NCBI RefSeq assembly: GCF_009914755.1
Contig: NC_060925.1
Length of the DNA stretch: 64,000 nucleotides
Strand: one strand, 5' to 3'
Source of the DNA: the human T2T-CHM13v2.0 reference genome, Homo sapiens
Each line of letters opens with the position of its first letter. Positions within the stretch are counted from its first letter, which is position 1. Positions 14,392-29,392 of this stretch are shown in pieces. A program made the position numbers and the translations under genes. Below the pieces are notes generated by a model, which was not told where the DNA came from, ran no database searches, and saw nothing but the letters and a program-made list of their open reading frames with translations.

Positions 14392-15049
14392 GAACTAAGC
14401 ACTAAGGAAAAATGTTTAAAACTAATCCCAAACTAAATTTTTGGTGTCTTAATAGATTACTGTAATAAAGAGCATTGTAGTCATCATATTCTGCATATTC
14501 CAGGCCAAAATTTTCCCCATAGACATATTGTCTTCATTGCAGAATTTTTAACTTTTGAAGAGCATACGCTCAAGTTTTCTGTGGTGCAGAATACCAGAAT
14601 TACTTTGAAAACTGTTTTTTCTAAGTATAATTGTTATCTCGACCAAAACTACAAGCAAGAGTTTGTTTTGTTCTGTTTTGTCTCTGGATCCATTGATTAT
14701 TATGACTAATCCTTATAGGTTGGCAATAAATATTTATTTTGAGTAAATGTGATGAGGTGATACTCAAAACTCTGAAGTCTCCTTGACAATCACTTTTCTA
14801 AACACATTCTATCAATCACTCATCTTCCAATCCTCAAGTGTTTATGATCTGTGATTGATCTTTGACCAAGCAGTGAACATAGTAATGTGTTTATATTAAT
14901 TCACCTAATCATAAGTTGACTTTTTCATGGATTTGGGGGTACTTAAAAGTTTTATGGAATTTACATGTAGCTTCTAAATATGATTTTTCTAACTTCAAAA
15001 TTCATGTGGAATAGTAAAAACAATTACTATGTCTAAGAGACACATTAAT

Positions 15050-15560
15050 TTGGAATGTAAAATCTGCCACTTTGTATCTGTGTGATTTTTAGGCGATTGA
15101 ATATACTTCTGTGAGTGATACGGTTTGGCTGTGTCCCTACCCAATCTCATCTTGAATTGTAGCTCCCATAATTTCCACGTGTCATGAGAGGGACCTTGTG
15201 GGAGGAAATTGAATCATGGGAGTGGGTCTTTCCTGTGCTCTTCTCTTTATAGTGAATAAGTCTCATGAGATCTGATGGTTCTATAAAGGGGAGTTTCCGT
15301 GCACACAAACTCTCTTGCCTGCCGTCATGTAAGACATCTCTTGCTCTTACGCCATGACTGTGAGGCTTCCCAGCTATATGGAACTGTGAGTCAATTAAAC
15401 TGCTTTCCTTTATAAACTACCCAGTATCAGATATGACTTTATAAGCAGTGTGAGAACAGACTAATACACTGAGACTCAGATTTTTCATCCATAAAGAGGA
15501 AATAACACCAACTCTTCAGAACTATGGTATATGTAAAATTCCTCAGCACTCAATACAGTT
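15050..15560 (+). mobile_element. MIR split by a THE1 LTR
   Basis: tctgccacttt...tgtgtgattttt...cttctgtgag [THE1] ctgagactcagatttttcatccataaa joins into the MIR core. Confidence 0.65.
15116..15468 (+). mobile_element. THE1 (C/D-like) MaLR solo LTR
   Basis: tgatacggtttggctgtgtcc...gaacagactaataca; TG...CA ends; 5-bp TSD gtgag/ctgag. Confidence 0.93.
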
Positions 15561-16099
15561 TGGTTTCCTGTTTCTGCTTCCAGGTCAATATCTCTTCAAA
15601 AAATCCAATATTAACCCTCTGACATCCCTAATCTGAAAAATTAAAATTAAAAAAAAAACCTGTTGTACAATTGAACTAAGAATCCACTCACATTGTCTTA
15701 ATTTTTATTATGTATCTTGGGGTTACACAATTTGGAGATGATGTTAATGAATTTTCACACTAGATAAATGATCCAAAATGCAACCCATTTATCATGCAAA
15801 TCAAATTATTTGATTTAAAATCCTCGCTGTAGAGCTCTTTAAGGATTTTAGCTAAAGGTACTTGAAACACTATAAGAATTTTATTTTATTTAAATATTAA
15901 AACTACCTCAAAATATTTTCACAACTAAAAAAATGTTAACCGCATTATATATCACTTTGTTCTATTATTGTTACTTGTTTACTTGTATTATCTCTCTGTT
16001 AACAAAATTAAATTTCAAACTGGTAGAACTTTATCACAAATGAGGAAGGTTGGGTTGTAGAAAAGAATTATACTTTCAACTGAACCGCTCAGGTAATTT

Positions 16100-18910
16100 T
16101 TTATATAATTGCAAACACAGCTGAGGAAATAATCAGTGAACTTAAGTACAGGCAATTTGGTAGAAATAATTCATTAAAGGTGAGGAAAATATATAAAAAG
16201 CAAAACACAAAAAACAAGATTTATAAAAATTACAGCATTCTAAGGATATAAAAAAACCAAACAGAAAGACACAAGTTTAAGTGAAATCTCTGAATGATGA
16301 GAGAGAAGTGCAAAAGCGAAAAAAAAGGAAAAGATAATGGTTAAGAATTTTCGAAAATAGTAAAGGACTTTAAAATAAAATGCAATAACTTTAGAGAACC
16401 CCGAAGAAGAAAAACACAAAAACATATAAGAACAACACAACCATAATACGGCCTATGCCAAGTGATAAATACAATGGTAAAGAGAAAACCTTGAAGGCAT
16501 CAAAATATTACATGCAGAAAACAAGGGGACAAATGTTTTCTGTCAGACAAATAAAAGCTGTGAGAATATATTGTCAGCAGATCTAAAGAAATATTCAGCA
16601 ATCCTCCTTTCATAAAGTAAATATGACACCACGTCAAAATCTGGTTCTATTCAATGAATAACGATCTCTGAAAATGGCAAAAAAAAAGACAATAAATATA
16701 TAGTTTTGTCTTATTTATAGAAATTCATCTCTATAAAGAAAAAAAAAGAAAAAATAGTAAAAATTATTTAAGTGGTAATATTAGAAATAAAAGTAAAATG
16801 TATGACTAAAACAGCACAGAAAGAGAGAGAAGAATTAGGTTTATCCTGTTGAAAGTTTAACACTATTTTTTAAAGCTGTAAATAAATACTAGGCCAACAG
16901 TGAAGGATAAGTGGAATGAAAAAAAGAATACGTAACCTAAAAGCTAGCATCTAAAGTAGAAGAAGGGAATAAATAACGGATAAAAGAAATAAAAAGTGAT
17001 AAGATGGCATAATTAAATTTAAACATGTCAATAATTGAGTTACATATAAACAAGGTAAAGACTCAATTAATGCTATTTATGTAGAATTTGATATAATAAA
17101 CCACATCTATTTGTTGTTAATATTGAAACCCAATATAAACATAAATGTATGGAAATGTTAAAAGTAATAATGTGGAAAATATAATATGCAAATATGAAGC
17201 CAAGAGAATTGGAGTGGCTATACAAATATATAAAAAGTAGAATTCAGAATAAGAAATATTACCAGAAATTAGTCAGTTTATGAAAAAGATAAAATAATTC
17301 TAACAAAGCTTTCAAAGACATGAAGCAAAACGTGATAGAACTGAAAGAGAAATTTTCCAAAACCGCAATTATAGCTATAGTTGGACGTATTTCTATTATT
17401 CTCTCTGAAATCTACAGACCAAGTAGACAAACAGTAAAAATTTAGAATACCTGATAAACATAAGTTAACCTAAATGACATCTATAAATCTAACAAACAAA
17501 AACAAAATGCACATAGAAAAAAATGCTTTTCAAATATTTGCTAATATAGAACATTTTCTGGGCCATCAAACAAATGTCAACAAATTTGAAAGAATTGAAA
17601 ATAACCAAACTGTATTTTCTGAATACAATGGAATTATACTATCAATAAAAAATAGAAAGATATCCAGAAAATTCAAAATGTCTAGAAATAAAACAAATAC
17701 CTTTAAGGAACTCATGGATTAAATGGGAATTCATAAAGAAAATTAGAAAATATTTTTGAAATGAATAAAAATGAAAACAACATATCACAGTTTGTGGGAC
17801 ATAGATAAAGTAGCACTTAACAATATTGTCTTAGTTCAGATCCTATAAAAACATTTCAAAGACTAGGTGGCTTATAAACAAGAAAAAATTATTTCTCAAA
17901 CTTCTGTTGGCTTAAAGTCCAATATTAGAGTGCTGGCATGATCAGATGGCAAAGTTCTCCTTGTATCCTCCCATAGCAGAAAGAGAGCAAGCTAAATCTC
18001 TGGCCTGTTTTCTTAAAGGGTATTAATCCCATTCATAAGGACTCAATACATATGCCAAAGGCCACAACTCCAAATACTGTCATTTTGAGATTAGATTTTA
18101 AAATATGAATATTAGGAGATACAAACATTCAGTCCATAACAAAGATGATACAGCAGTAAACGTTTATATTAAAAGAAAGAATGGTCTCAAATCAAGTATC
18201 TAACTATTCATGCTAAGCAATGATTAGAAAGGGAGTCAACTAATTTCAAAGCAAATGAAAGAGAGGAAATAATAAAGATAAAAGTAGAAAAAGTGAAATA
18301 TAAAACAGAAAAAATAAAAACAATACGTGCTTATTTTTTAAATAATCAATGAAATTGATCATTCTCTAGCCAGAGCAATCAAGAAACTCAAATCCACAAG
18401 AAAAAATGAAAAGTACTATTATAGAATGATAGATATATCATTAAATAGAGTATGTTTTTTTATAATTTTTCTCATTTCTTCTCTTAGTTCTATTAAATTA
18501 TGATTATATAGAGCAATAATTACAATACTCTTTTTAGTTTTATAACATAAATTGATGTAATACATATGGCAATAATAGAATAAAAGAAAATTAATAGGGA
18601 GATATAATAGAACAAACTTGCTAGTTGTTTCGGAATTGTCGGTATTAATGTGAAGTACATGTTAATACACGAAAAGACATACTGTAAATCATAGGGCAAA
18701 TAGGTAGTGAATCAACAGAAGACATAAATGGCATGCTAAGAAACATTTGTTTTATGTAAAAGAAGTTAATAGAAGAAAATAGCAACAGAGGCAAAAGACA
18801 TAGAAAAAAACAGCAAAATGCCAGTGAAAAGTCAAATTGCTTCAATCGTGATATGAAAAGACTAAAATTGTAAATTGGATTAAAAGCAAGATCCCACTTT
18901 ACCAATTAGG
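16100..18910 (+). mobile_element. Old L1 (L1M class) ORF1, inter-ORF and ORF2 endonuclease remnants; probably two elements
   Basis: ORF 17474-17722 (IEHFLGHQTNVNKFERIENNQTVFSEYNGI) matches the L1 EN C-terminus IDHILGHK..L.KF..IEII...SDHN.I. Confidence 0.8.
17827..18141 (-). mobile_element. MLT1A-like MaLR solo LTR nested in L1
   Basis: tgtcttagttc...gactaggtggcttataaacaa...taatcccattcat...acaaacattcagtccataaca; TSD aatat/aagat. Confidence 0.85.
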
Positions 18911-18967
18911 AAATACAGACATGTTTAGATTCAAAGATTCAAGCTCAAGTTTACCAACATATTACTA

Positions 18968-20614
<1,647 letters not shown>

Positions 20615-20782
20615 AACATATTACTATTTTTTACATTTATCAACATCATGTTAAATCTTTTCAGTCTTCTCAGATTTAAACTACACATTTAAGAAGTTAA
20701 CATAGTTTATTAAAAGTTTGCCTGTAAAGGAAACTATAAAAAAATGCCCTTGCAATAATAGTATACTAAAAAAGGTTATAGT

Positions 20783-21035
20783 TAGGAGCTGAACAATGAG
20801 AACCCATGGACACAGGGAGGCGAACAATGCACGTCTGGGGCCTGGTGTGGGGTGGGGTGGGAGGAGGGAGAGCATTAGGAAAAATGGCTAATGCATGGTG
20901 GAATAATACCTAGGTGATGAGTTGATAGGTGCAGCAAACCACCATGACATATGTTTACTTATGTAACAAACCTGCCCATTCTGCACATGTACCCTAGAAC
21001 TTAAAAAATAAAAATTTAAAATAAAAAATAAATAA
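20783..21035 (+). mobile_element. L1PA 3' UTR fragment (roughly PA11-13)
   Basis: ggagctgaacaatgagaac...ggtgcagcaaaccaccatg...ctgcacatgtacc.. plus A-rich tail. Confidence 0.9.
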
Positions 21036-21649
21036 TTTTGAAGCACACAAAATATAAAGAGCAAATATTTTATATTTTTACAAGGTAGTAAAAATATTAA
21101 ACTTTGTAATAGAATATTTGTACTTAGCAGTTACATATCTTAGCCCCACATTTAAGAATAGTTGTATTGTCAGTGTTCCAGCTTCAAAAGATGTATGGAT
21201 AATTTTGAGGAGCATACCACATTTAGCACTGTAAGGCTTTTGAACAAACAAATAAGGACTCTGACAAAAGTTCCTGAACTTTCCTAAAGAGAATATTGAA
21301 GCACTTCGTAAGGAATGTTGAAAACATACACATCCTTTTAAATGTCTTGTAATGAAAATATTTCATAGTCATATATGGTTGGAAATACTCCGTAGACTGT
21401 ATCCTCTTCAAGAGGCTCACCATTTAAATAAACATGATGGAATAGTCCTACAGGAAAAGAACAATGACTGTGTTTAATGTACCATTCCCTCAACAGTTAC
21501 TAATTCCCCACATAGATGATTTTCTTTGCAGTGTCCCTCAAAACACATTGAAGTAAACACAAACATATTAATACTTATAATTTAGTGTTCACTAAAATAT
21601 ATCTGAGGGGCTTTTTCATTCCAATGCCTAACAGAGTACCCAGTACTAC

Positions 21650-22435
21650 TGATGCAGGAAAGCTGGGAAGGGAAGCGAGTGGTCCCTTTAAATAACACGA
21701 AAGAGAAAAGGGAAGCTCTGGATAGAGAAGGGTGTGGTCCTTGGCTAGGGTTCCATCCCCAGGGACCTAGGTGAGGACAGGCACTCCTGCTTTCAAAGCC
21801 AACTGTTGCATTTTTCAAGACCACCTTGGCCTGCCAGGGCCCCATCTGGGCCTATAAAAACCCGAGATCCTAGCAAGGCAAAGACAGAAGCTGCTGGATG
21901 TCCAGAGAGGCACATCAGCAGAAGAGCACACTGACAGGCACCTGTACGCCCTCAGGCCATCCACCTGTGAGAGGAGGTGGAGTTTGGCAGGGGAGACGGA
22001 GGAGAGCCAGGCCTCTGAGCTACCCAACTCCAGTGGCAAACCATCTCCCTTCTGGCTCCCCAGTTGGCTGAGAGCTACTTCCACTCAATAAAACTTTGCA
22101 CTCATTCTCCAAGCCCACGTGTGACCCGATTCTTCCGGTACAACAAGGCAAGAACATGGGATACAGAAACCCCTTAGTCCTTGTGACCCGGTGTAATTGA
22201 GCTGACTAACACAAGCTGCCTATGGATGATAAACTAAAAGAGCACCTTGTAACACATGCATACTGGGGCTTCAGGAGCTATAAACATTCACCCACGGACA
22301 CTGCCGTGGGGTTGGAGCCCCACAGCCTGCCAGTCTGTATGCTTCTCTAGAGGTTTGAGTAGTGGGGCACTGAAGAAGCGAGCCACACCCCCATCACATG
22401 CCCTGAGAAGGCACAAGGGAACCTTTCCGGTTTCA
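21650..22435 (+). mobile_element. ERV1 solo LTR, LTR1-like (LTR1/LTR27/LTR28/MER52 group)
   Basis: TG...CA ends (tgatgcagg...gtttca), 4-bp TSD ctac/ctgc, ggacctaggtgaggacaggcactcctg motif, TATAAAA at 21853, AATAAA at 22087. Confidence 0.8.
21853..21860 (+). promoter_or_regulatory. LTR TATA box (activity unknown)
   Basis: cctataaaaaccc inside the LTR, upstream of the LTR polyadenylation signal. Confidence 0.55.
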
Positions 22436-25066
22436 CTGCTATACGTTTGTTTGTATTTTTGTTACATTTATCTGTATGTATCTGTGTGTTTATCAGTCTG
22501 TCTATAAAGAGTGAAATGAACGATTAACTTCTTTTATTTCAATTATGAAACATCCACAGTATACTATAGTTGTTTAATATATATCTGCAGGAAAACATCA
22601 ATACCATCCTCCATTAAAAAATAGAAGCCATCATGCCCACCACATGTAAACAGCTTATTTTCATTTTCATATTTGTGAATTATTATTTTTAAGTGAACAA
22701 CATGAAGTGCATATATTTGAAAAAGAATATGGAAAGGAATAACGTGTTTTTCACCACACCAATAGAATTTGGCATTAAAAACCTTTCCTAGACAGACTCA
22801 ACATTATATAGCATAATACAGTTGTTTCTTGGAACATAGAATGCAACATTTAATAGTAATCATGGTACCATTTATTAAAATACAAACCAATTTATTTATT
22901 TATTTTCTAATACATTTCCTTCTTTCTGATTCAACTGGATAGCCATGTTTTGCGCTGTCTTTTCCTAGGCAAGTCAAAGCAGAGTTAAATGAATGAAAAC
23001 TACATAACGACCGAGCATGTTGCTCAAGAACAAACTATGCTGAGTGTCCAGGAAGAAAAGGGAAAAGGCAGGTGGGAGGATGCCTTTGAGGATGACAGAA
23101 AAATAGGCAAGACCTCTGAAGCTGTGACCCCTGAGAGTATCAATTTTAAGCATAGAGACTCTCATATTCTATAAAGGACCTAACATTCAATGAATGACAA
23201 AGAATTTGGTGTCCCAAATAATTGAGGAATTGAGTAGTCTTTAACAATGTTGTTATTAAAGCCCACTATAATAGAAAAATAATTGAAGTGTCTGTTATAT
23301 TTTCAGGAACCCCTAAAGCCTCCTAGATTTTTAAGAAACCTTACAGGGGCTGAGCAAAAACAAGTGATACTGACACTGATTATCCTGACAAACTAGTAGT
23401 TTAGGATTCAGAGATAATTTAAAGTTTATTTAATGAAAATCCAGAAATACGACATCCATGATTTAAAAACTTGACTTCATACAAAATGTTTCTTTAAAAA
23501 CATGATAAAATTTTAGATATACAATTTAAAAACATACTTAGACAAAAAATAGTCCAGTGAGTGTTTACTCCTTATCAAGTAAAAATAAAAGTTGAACAGT
23601 AGCAACGATAAGAAAAATAATTTTGCTATCAATTTTCTTTTGTGCTTGTATACATACAAGTCCTAGATGCTCCAAAGAGAGCTATGCACTGACAATATCA
23701 ATAACACATAAAGATAAAAATGTCTGGTGATGCAAGAACAGCCAGTCAGAGTCATCTTAACACAAATTTTGTGGCTGATAAGACTGAAGTCCAAAGCTAA
23801 TATTCATTGCAATTGTTTGTGTACAACAAAGTAAACTCAAGTGGCTTGAAAAAAAATACTTAGTTAATGGAATTGTATGGCATAAAAGTTTGTGTATGAA
23901 GGAAGCCAGATTGTTTAAGAAAATTGCCGTTAGGCCTTCATTCTAAAAAGGAAAATAGGCTAACTAGGATTTATGTTTATGGCAGCTAGGCTTATGGCTT
24001 GGAGTAAGTGGGAAATTGCAAATCAGCAGCACAGCTTGTTTATTACACAAAACCCACATGTTTAAAGACCTTTTAATTTGTTTTTACCTCAGAAAATTCA
24101 AATTGTGGAAGAGTATCTGAAATGTAAGGATTGTGAAAGAAGGAGTTTACCTCCAGTTACTGCCTAAGAGAGGGATACTGAATTACTTATGAAATTGTTC
24201 CAATTTGTCATTGTTTATTTTATCTTGAATATTTTTACCTTCCTTTTTTCATCTAATGATATTTTATGACAAACCTTTTAGAATTAAAATAAATGTAGTT
24301 AATAAACATTGAGATTGTACCAATTTAATTACTGCTTTTTAGGAGAAATGAACACAACCTCAAATAACAGAGCAAGAGACAGGGAATAATGTTTAGGAAT
24401 TGAACACAATGACACAGGTGTGTCTTTTCACACTGTAATGGCATGTACTCAAGCTACTTGGTGACATGTTTACCTGTTAGCAAATACTAAAACCATTTGA
24501 GATGTGAGGATTGCTTATTATATTGATAGTTCTTGAATAGAATATAAAAGCTCATTAATTCATGATGTGTCAATGTCACCTAATCAGCAACAAAATAATG
24601 TTGATAAATTAATAATTGACATTAAGTGATATACAGCATTGGGAAATTTCCTGATACATGAAAATAAGTCTATAATGAGTTTCAACAGCATTGCTAATTG
24701 CTTACAGAACTACAGATTAATATAATTTTATAGCTGAAGAATCCTCTCTAATTTCTGGTTGAAGACAAAAAGCCAAGATCATTTAAAGTCAGACAAAAAT
24801 CTCAGTTATTCTGCTAAGTAAGGAGATATAGAACTCATATCCCCTGACTTCCATCCCAGGGCAATAAGATGATAGGTTGCTTTAAGTGATTTTAAGGATC
24901 ACTTATTTTAATCTCTTCACACAGTTTCTAATAAGAAAAAGCAGTAATAAAGACATAAGAAAGATCATTAAAATAAAACAGTAGCAGGTAATTGCTATTC
25001 ACTTATATTTATAAAAACATTTCATTTCAATAACCTTATAATTCAAGCAAAGAATTTTAAAAATAG

Positions 25067-25492
<426 letters not shown>

Positions 25493-26644
25493 CAACATTT
25501 GAGTCTTATAAGGCAAAGAAACTTGCAATTGTTTTTCTTTTGTTGATAGTTTTTAGATTTTGTTTTTAATCAAATCAACTAACACTGATTAAAACTAACT
25601 AAACTAGAGTCATTAACACAGGTTAAAATATTTTTGATTAGAATGATTTTTAGAAAACGAAATCAAGTGAAGAACCCATTAGCAGATCTCCTATTCAATG
25701 TCTGACTGTGGGAAAATGACTAAGTCAGATTTCTGTGAAGTTGTTTTAATATAAAAAAATTCCGTTTTTTATATCCATCATGGTAATTGATGGTCTTGGA
25801 TTACAACGTATGGTATCTACATATGTTGAAGTATTTGTAGAAAAAAATAGTAGTGTAACTATATTATTTGAAAATAATTACTAATAATAGCATTTTTACA
25901 AATATACTAAGAATTTATTATGTATTTGAAACATTTGCACTTACATCAGTGAGAGCAAAAATACAAAAAAGTTGTTTTGGCTTAAAAGATGTTATTTTAA
26001 TGAACCCATTTCAGAATAAGTATATAATATTAGTAATATTTTGTTTTTCAGTATGACATTCCTGGTGCATTAATGGCATGTTTAATTCTGGTTTGTGAAA
26101 GTTTTTCTAAGTATGTAATGAAATATATAAAATGATAGAAAGAGTAAAAGTTTATGGTTATGAGAGATAATTTTAAGAAACCAGTAGATATGGAATGGTC
26201 AAATAATAATTAATTAATTAAAATAATTTCTTTCATATGTATTTTATAGCCATATATGTGAAACATTCCTTCATAATATTACAGCGATGAAAAATAACAG
26301 TCCCACGAATAAACTGAGACAGTGTCTTTTGTATATTGAACTCAATGAACTATATCAATTTCTAAGAATAATTTTATTTTGTATTAGATATATAAATAAT
26401 CTTTTAAAGATCATCTCCTGATGGCAACAATATTTCCATGTATGGTATTTCATAATTGTATATAAAACTGAAAGTCCCTAAGAAAATAAAATTGGTTTAG
26501 GAGGGACACTCATGGAAATAAATGAACAAACTTTCAGATTCAACTTCTCCAGAATTATGGACGCTAAAAGTTTGCAACACTCAGGTGAACACTTGAATCA
26601 AGAAAAAACAGTTGAATGTTGTTACAGAGGTTTTGAGTCCGACT

Positions 26645-27139
26645 GTTACCAAACACCAAGGTTTCAGTCTAGGTCCTGCTGCTTGCCACACAGAAAGCCA
26701 ATCATTGAGACAATGAATATTGTCAAGGACGAAGCCTTTAATTGGGTGCGGAAGCCAAGGAGATGGGACATCAGCCTCAAATCTATCTCGCCAACTGATT
26801 AAAATTAGGGGTTTATATAGTATGTAAAAAATGTAACTATGTGTGGGAAAACAGGAACTAGGGAGTGGTAACAAATAGGAGTTCCTCAATAAGAAGCAGG
26901 TGGTCGGTTAGGAAAACAGGAAATAGGCAGGGGTAAAGAAGCAATCATGATGAATGAGGGGTCTGGCCTCTCATTGTCTGGATGCAGTGATCTGGTGAGT
27001 TTTAGTTCTTTGGTACTTTTTGAGAGATTTGAGGGTCTTTCCTGAGTAAATAACTCAGATAAAACCAATGTAAGTTTCAAGCTTTAAGACAAGAGGGTCA
27101 ATTTCTATGTAAGTGTGTGGGACTATTGGGTTGGTTTCA
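26645..27139 (-). mobile_element. LOR1-family ERV1 solo LTR
   Basis: tgttaccaaacacc..tctaggtcctgctgct..cacagaaagccaatca...gggtcaatttctatgt...ttggtttca. Confidence 0.75.
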
Positions 27140-28481
27140 CTATCCCCTGCTTCCTAAACTGGTGGTGTCATTAAAAAATGGTCCACATATCCAGCACAAG
27201 TGCTGGTAGTGGAGAAGCAGAATTGATCTTAGTCTCAAAGAACTTTGATTCTTTGTTTTAACCTGTCTGGTGGCTCCCTAGAGGATGGGATCAAAGCACT
27301 TCTTTTTATCTCACCAAAATTGCAACTTTCCCAGTGCTGAGGTAGCTACCTAGAGGGTAATTGTAAAAAAAAAAAAAATGCAGACAGGTAAATGTATTAT
27401 ACTCTACTTCCTATGGCAGATAAAAGTTGAAACAAAGAAGAGACTAAGCAAAAAGCCAGTAAAGAAAGGCTGGAGAATGTGAAGCTTTGAGAAATTAAGA
27501 CTTTGAAAAGCTCTGACAAAGTCATGGGACTCTACAAGGCCATATGTATGTCCAGGGCTGGGTTCCTGTTGATCTGAAGGAAAGAAAATACAAAAGTCCT
27601 GTCAGTTGCCCATGTAAAGGAAGGAAAACACTTAACTGCAGCTCCCACTATTCTTCCACTTAAGAGAAGGGAAATACCAAACTGTAGCCCATTCTAACCA
27701 TCCTGTCCCACCTAAAAGGGGAGACACAAAAAATAAACTGAGAAACACTTATGAAGGTCAGAATCCAGAAGCATAGACTCAATAAAAGTCTAAAACCTAA
27801 TAATAGGGCAGTAAAATACATCCCCTCCCCTTAACCCCTTACATTACTAAAAGTATATTTATAGCAGTTCCATTTACCTAGAATATTTTACATCTGGCTA
27901 TCAAAAAATTACAAAGCAGACTAAAAGGAAATAAAACACAATTTAAAAACACAGAGAATGCATTAGAACCACACATATCAAGGATGTGGGAATTCACAGA
28001 CCGGAAATTTAAAACAACTATGATTAATATGCTAAGGGGCTCCAACGTATAAAGAAATAGTTTGCAAGAACAGACATACAATGTAAGCAAAGAGATAGAA
28101 ATCCTAAGAACCAAAATCAATTGCTAAAGATTAAGAACACTGTAACAGAAATAAAGAATGCCTTTAATAGGCTTCTAACTTGACAGGACATAGCTGAGAA
28201 AAAATATATATATGAGTTATCAGAGCTATTTGGGACTATCAATAGAAACCTTCAAAACCCAAAAGCAAGGAGAACAAAGAATTTAAAAAAAAAAGACTAT
28301 CTGAAGACTGTGAGATAACTACAAAATGTTTAATATATGTATAGTTGGAATAGTTAAAAAAAAAAAGAAAGAGGGAAAGAGGCACAAAAATATTTGAAGA
28401 AGTAATGGCTGTATTCTTTTCCCAAACAGTGAAAGCAACAGATTCAAGAACCTGCGAGAACTTCACGTAGACTAAATACAA

Positions 28482-28650
28482 AAAAAGGAAGGAAGAATGG
28501 AAGAGGGAAGGAAAGAAGGAAAGAAAGAAGGAAAGAAGGAAGGAAGGAGAAAAGGTTGGAGGGAGTGAGAGAGGAATGGAGGGATTAGGCAGAGAGGGAG
28601 GGAGGGAAAAAGAAGGAAGGAGAAAACAAAAGAAGAAAGAGGGAGAAAAA
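28482..28650. repeat. Purine-rich (GAAG/GGAG)n low-complexity tract
   Basis: About 170 bp almost entirely A/G on plus; source of ORF 28239-28697. Confidence 0.9.
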
Positions 28651-28744
28651 GTCATGTCTTGGCATATCATACTGACACTATAGATAAGTAAAGCCAAGGA
28701 GTAAATCAGAAGAATGAGGGGAGAGAGGGTTGCACCTTACTCAT

Positions 28745-29109
28745 TGATATGGTTAGGATTTGTATCCCCACCCAAAACTCATCTTGAATTGTAATCCCCA
28801 GTGTTTAGAGAGACACCTGGTTGGAAGTTATTGGATTATGGAGGTGGTTTCTTGTATGCTGTTCTTGTGATCATGAGTAATTTCCATGAGATCTGATGGT
28901 TTTGTAAATGGTAGTTTTTATTGCATTGACACAGTCACTCTCTCTCTCCTGTCACCATGTAAGGCCTGCCTCTTCTCCTCCTTCCATGATTGTAAGTTTC
29001 CTGAGACCTCCCCAGCCATGTGGAACTGTGAGTCAATTAAATCTCTTTTCTTTATAAATCACCAAGTCTTAGGTATTTCTTTATAGCAGTGTGAAAACAA
29101 AGTAATACA
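28745..29109 (+). mobile_element. THE1D-like MaLR solo LTR
   Basis: tgatatggttagg...ggaactgtgagtcaattaa...taataca; TSD ctcat/cttat. Confidence 0.92.
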
Positions 29110-29392
29110 CTTATACATATGCAAATACATATACATAGATAAGACATATAGATAATTTCTATTCAGAAATTATGCAAATAAGAAGACAGTGGAGTAAAAT
29201 TTTTAATGTTTTTAGGAAGAAAAAAAAATTCTACCGAAATGAAATTTTATATCCAGAGAAAATATCCCTTTTCTCTGGATATTTGCCACCTCCTTGACCC
29301 GTTAAACAAAATAGTCAAGGAAATTGCTCAGAAAGATCAGAAAGATTAAAAATAATTAAAAAAAACTTAGACACTCCGTATGGCCTAATAAG

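Larger units (their letters stand above)
26500..29345 (+). mobile_element. Old L1 (L1MC/MD-like) 5' UTR and ORF1, interrupted by LOR1, a GA-rich tract and THE1
   Basis: ORF1-type sequence aaaacaactatgattaatatgctaaggg...aagaacactgtaacagaaataaagaatgcc; resumes after THE1 at agaagacagtggagtaaaat. Confidence 0.7.

Noticed and set aside
28239-28697. 152-aa F/S/L/P-rich ORF
   Set aside because: Antisense reading of the GA-rich tract and L1 sequence.
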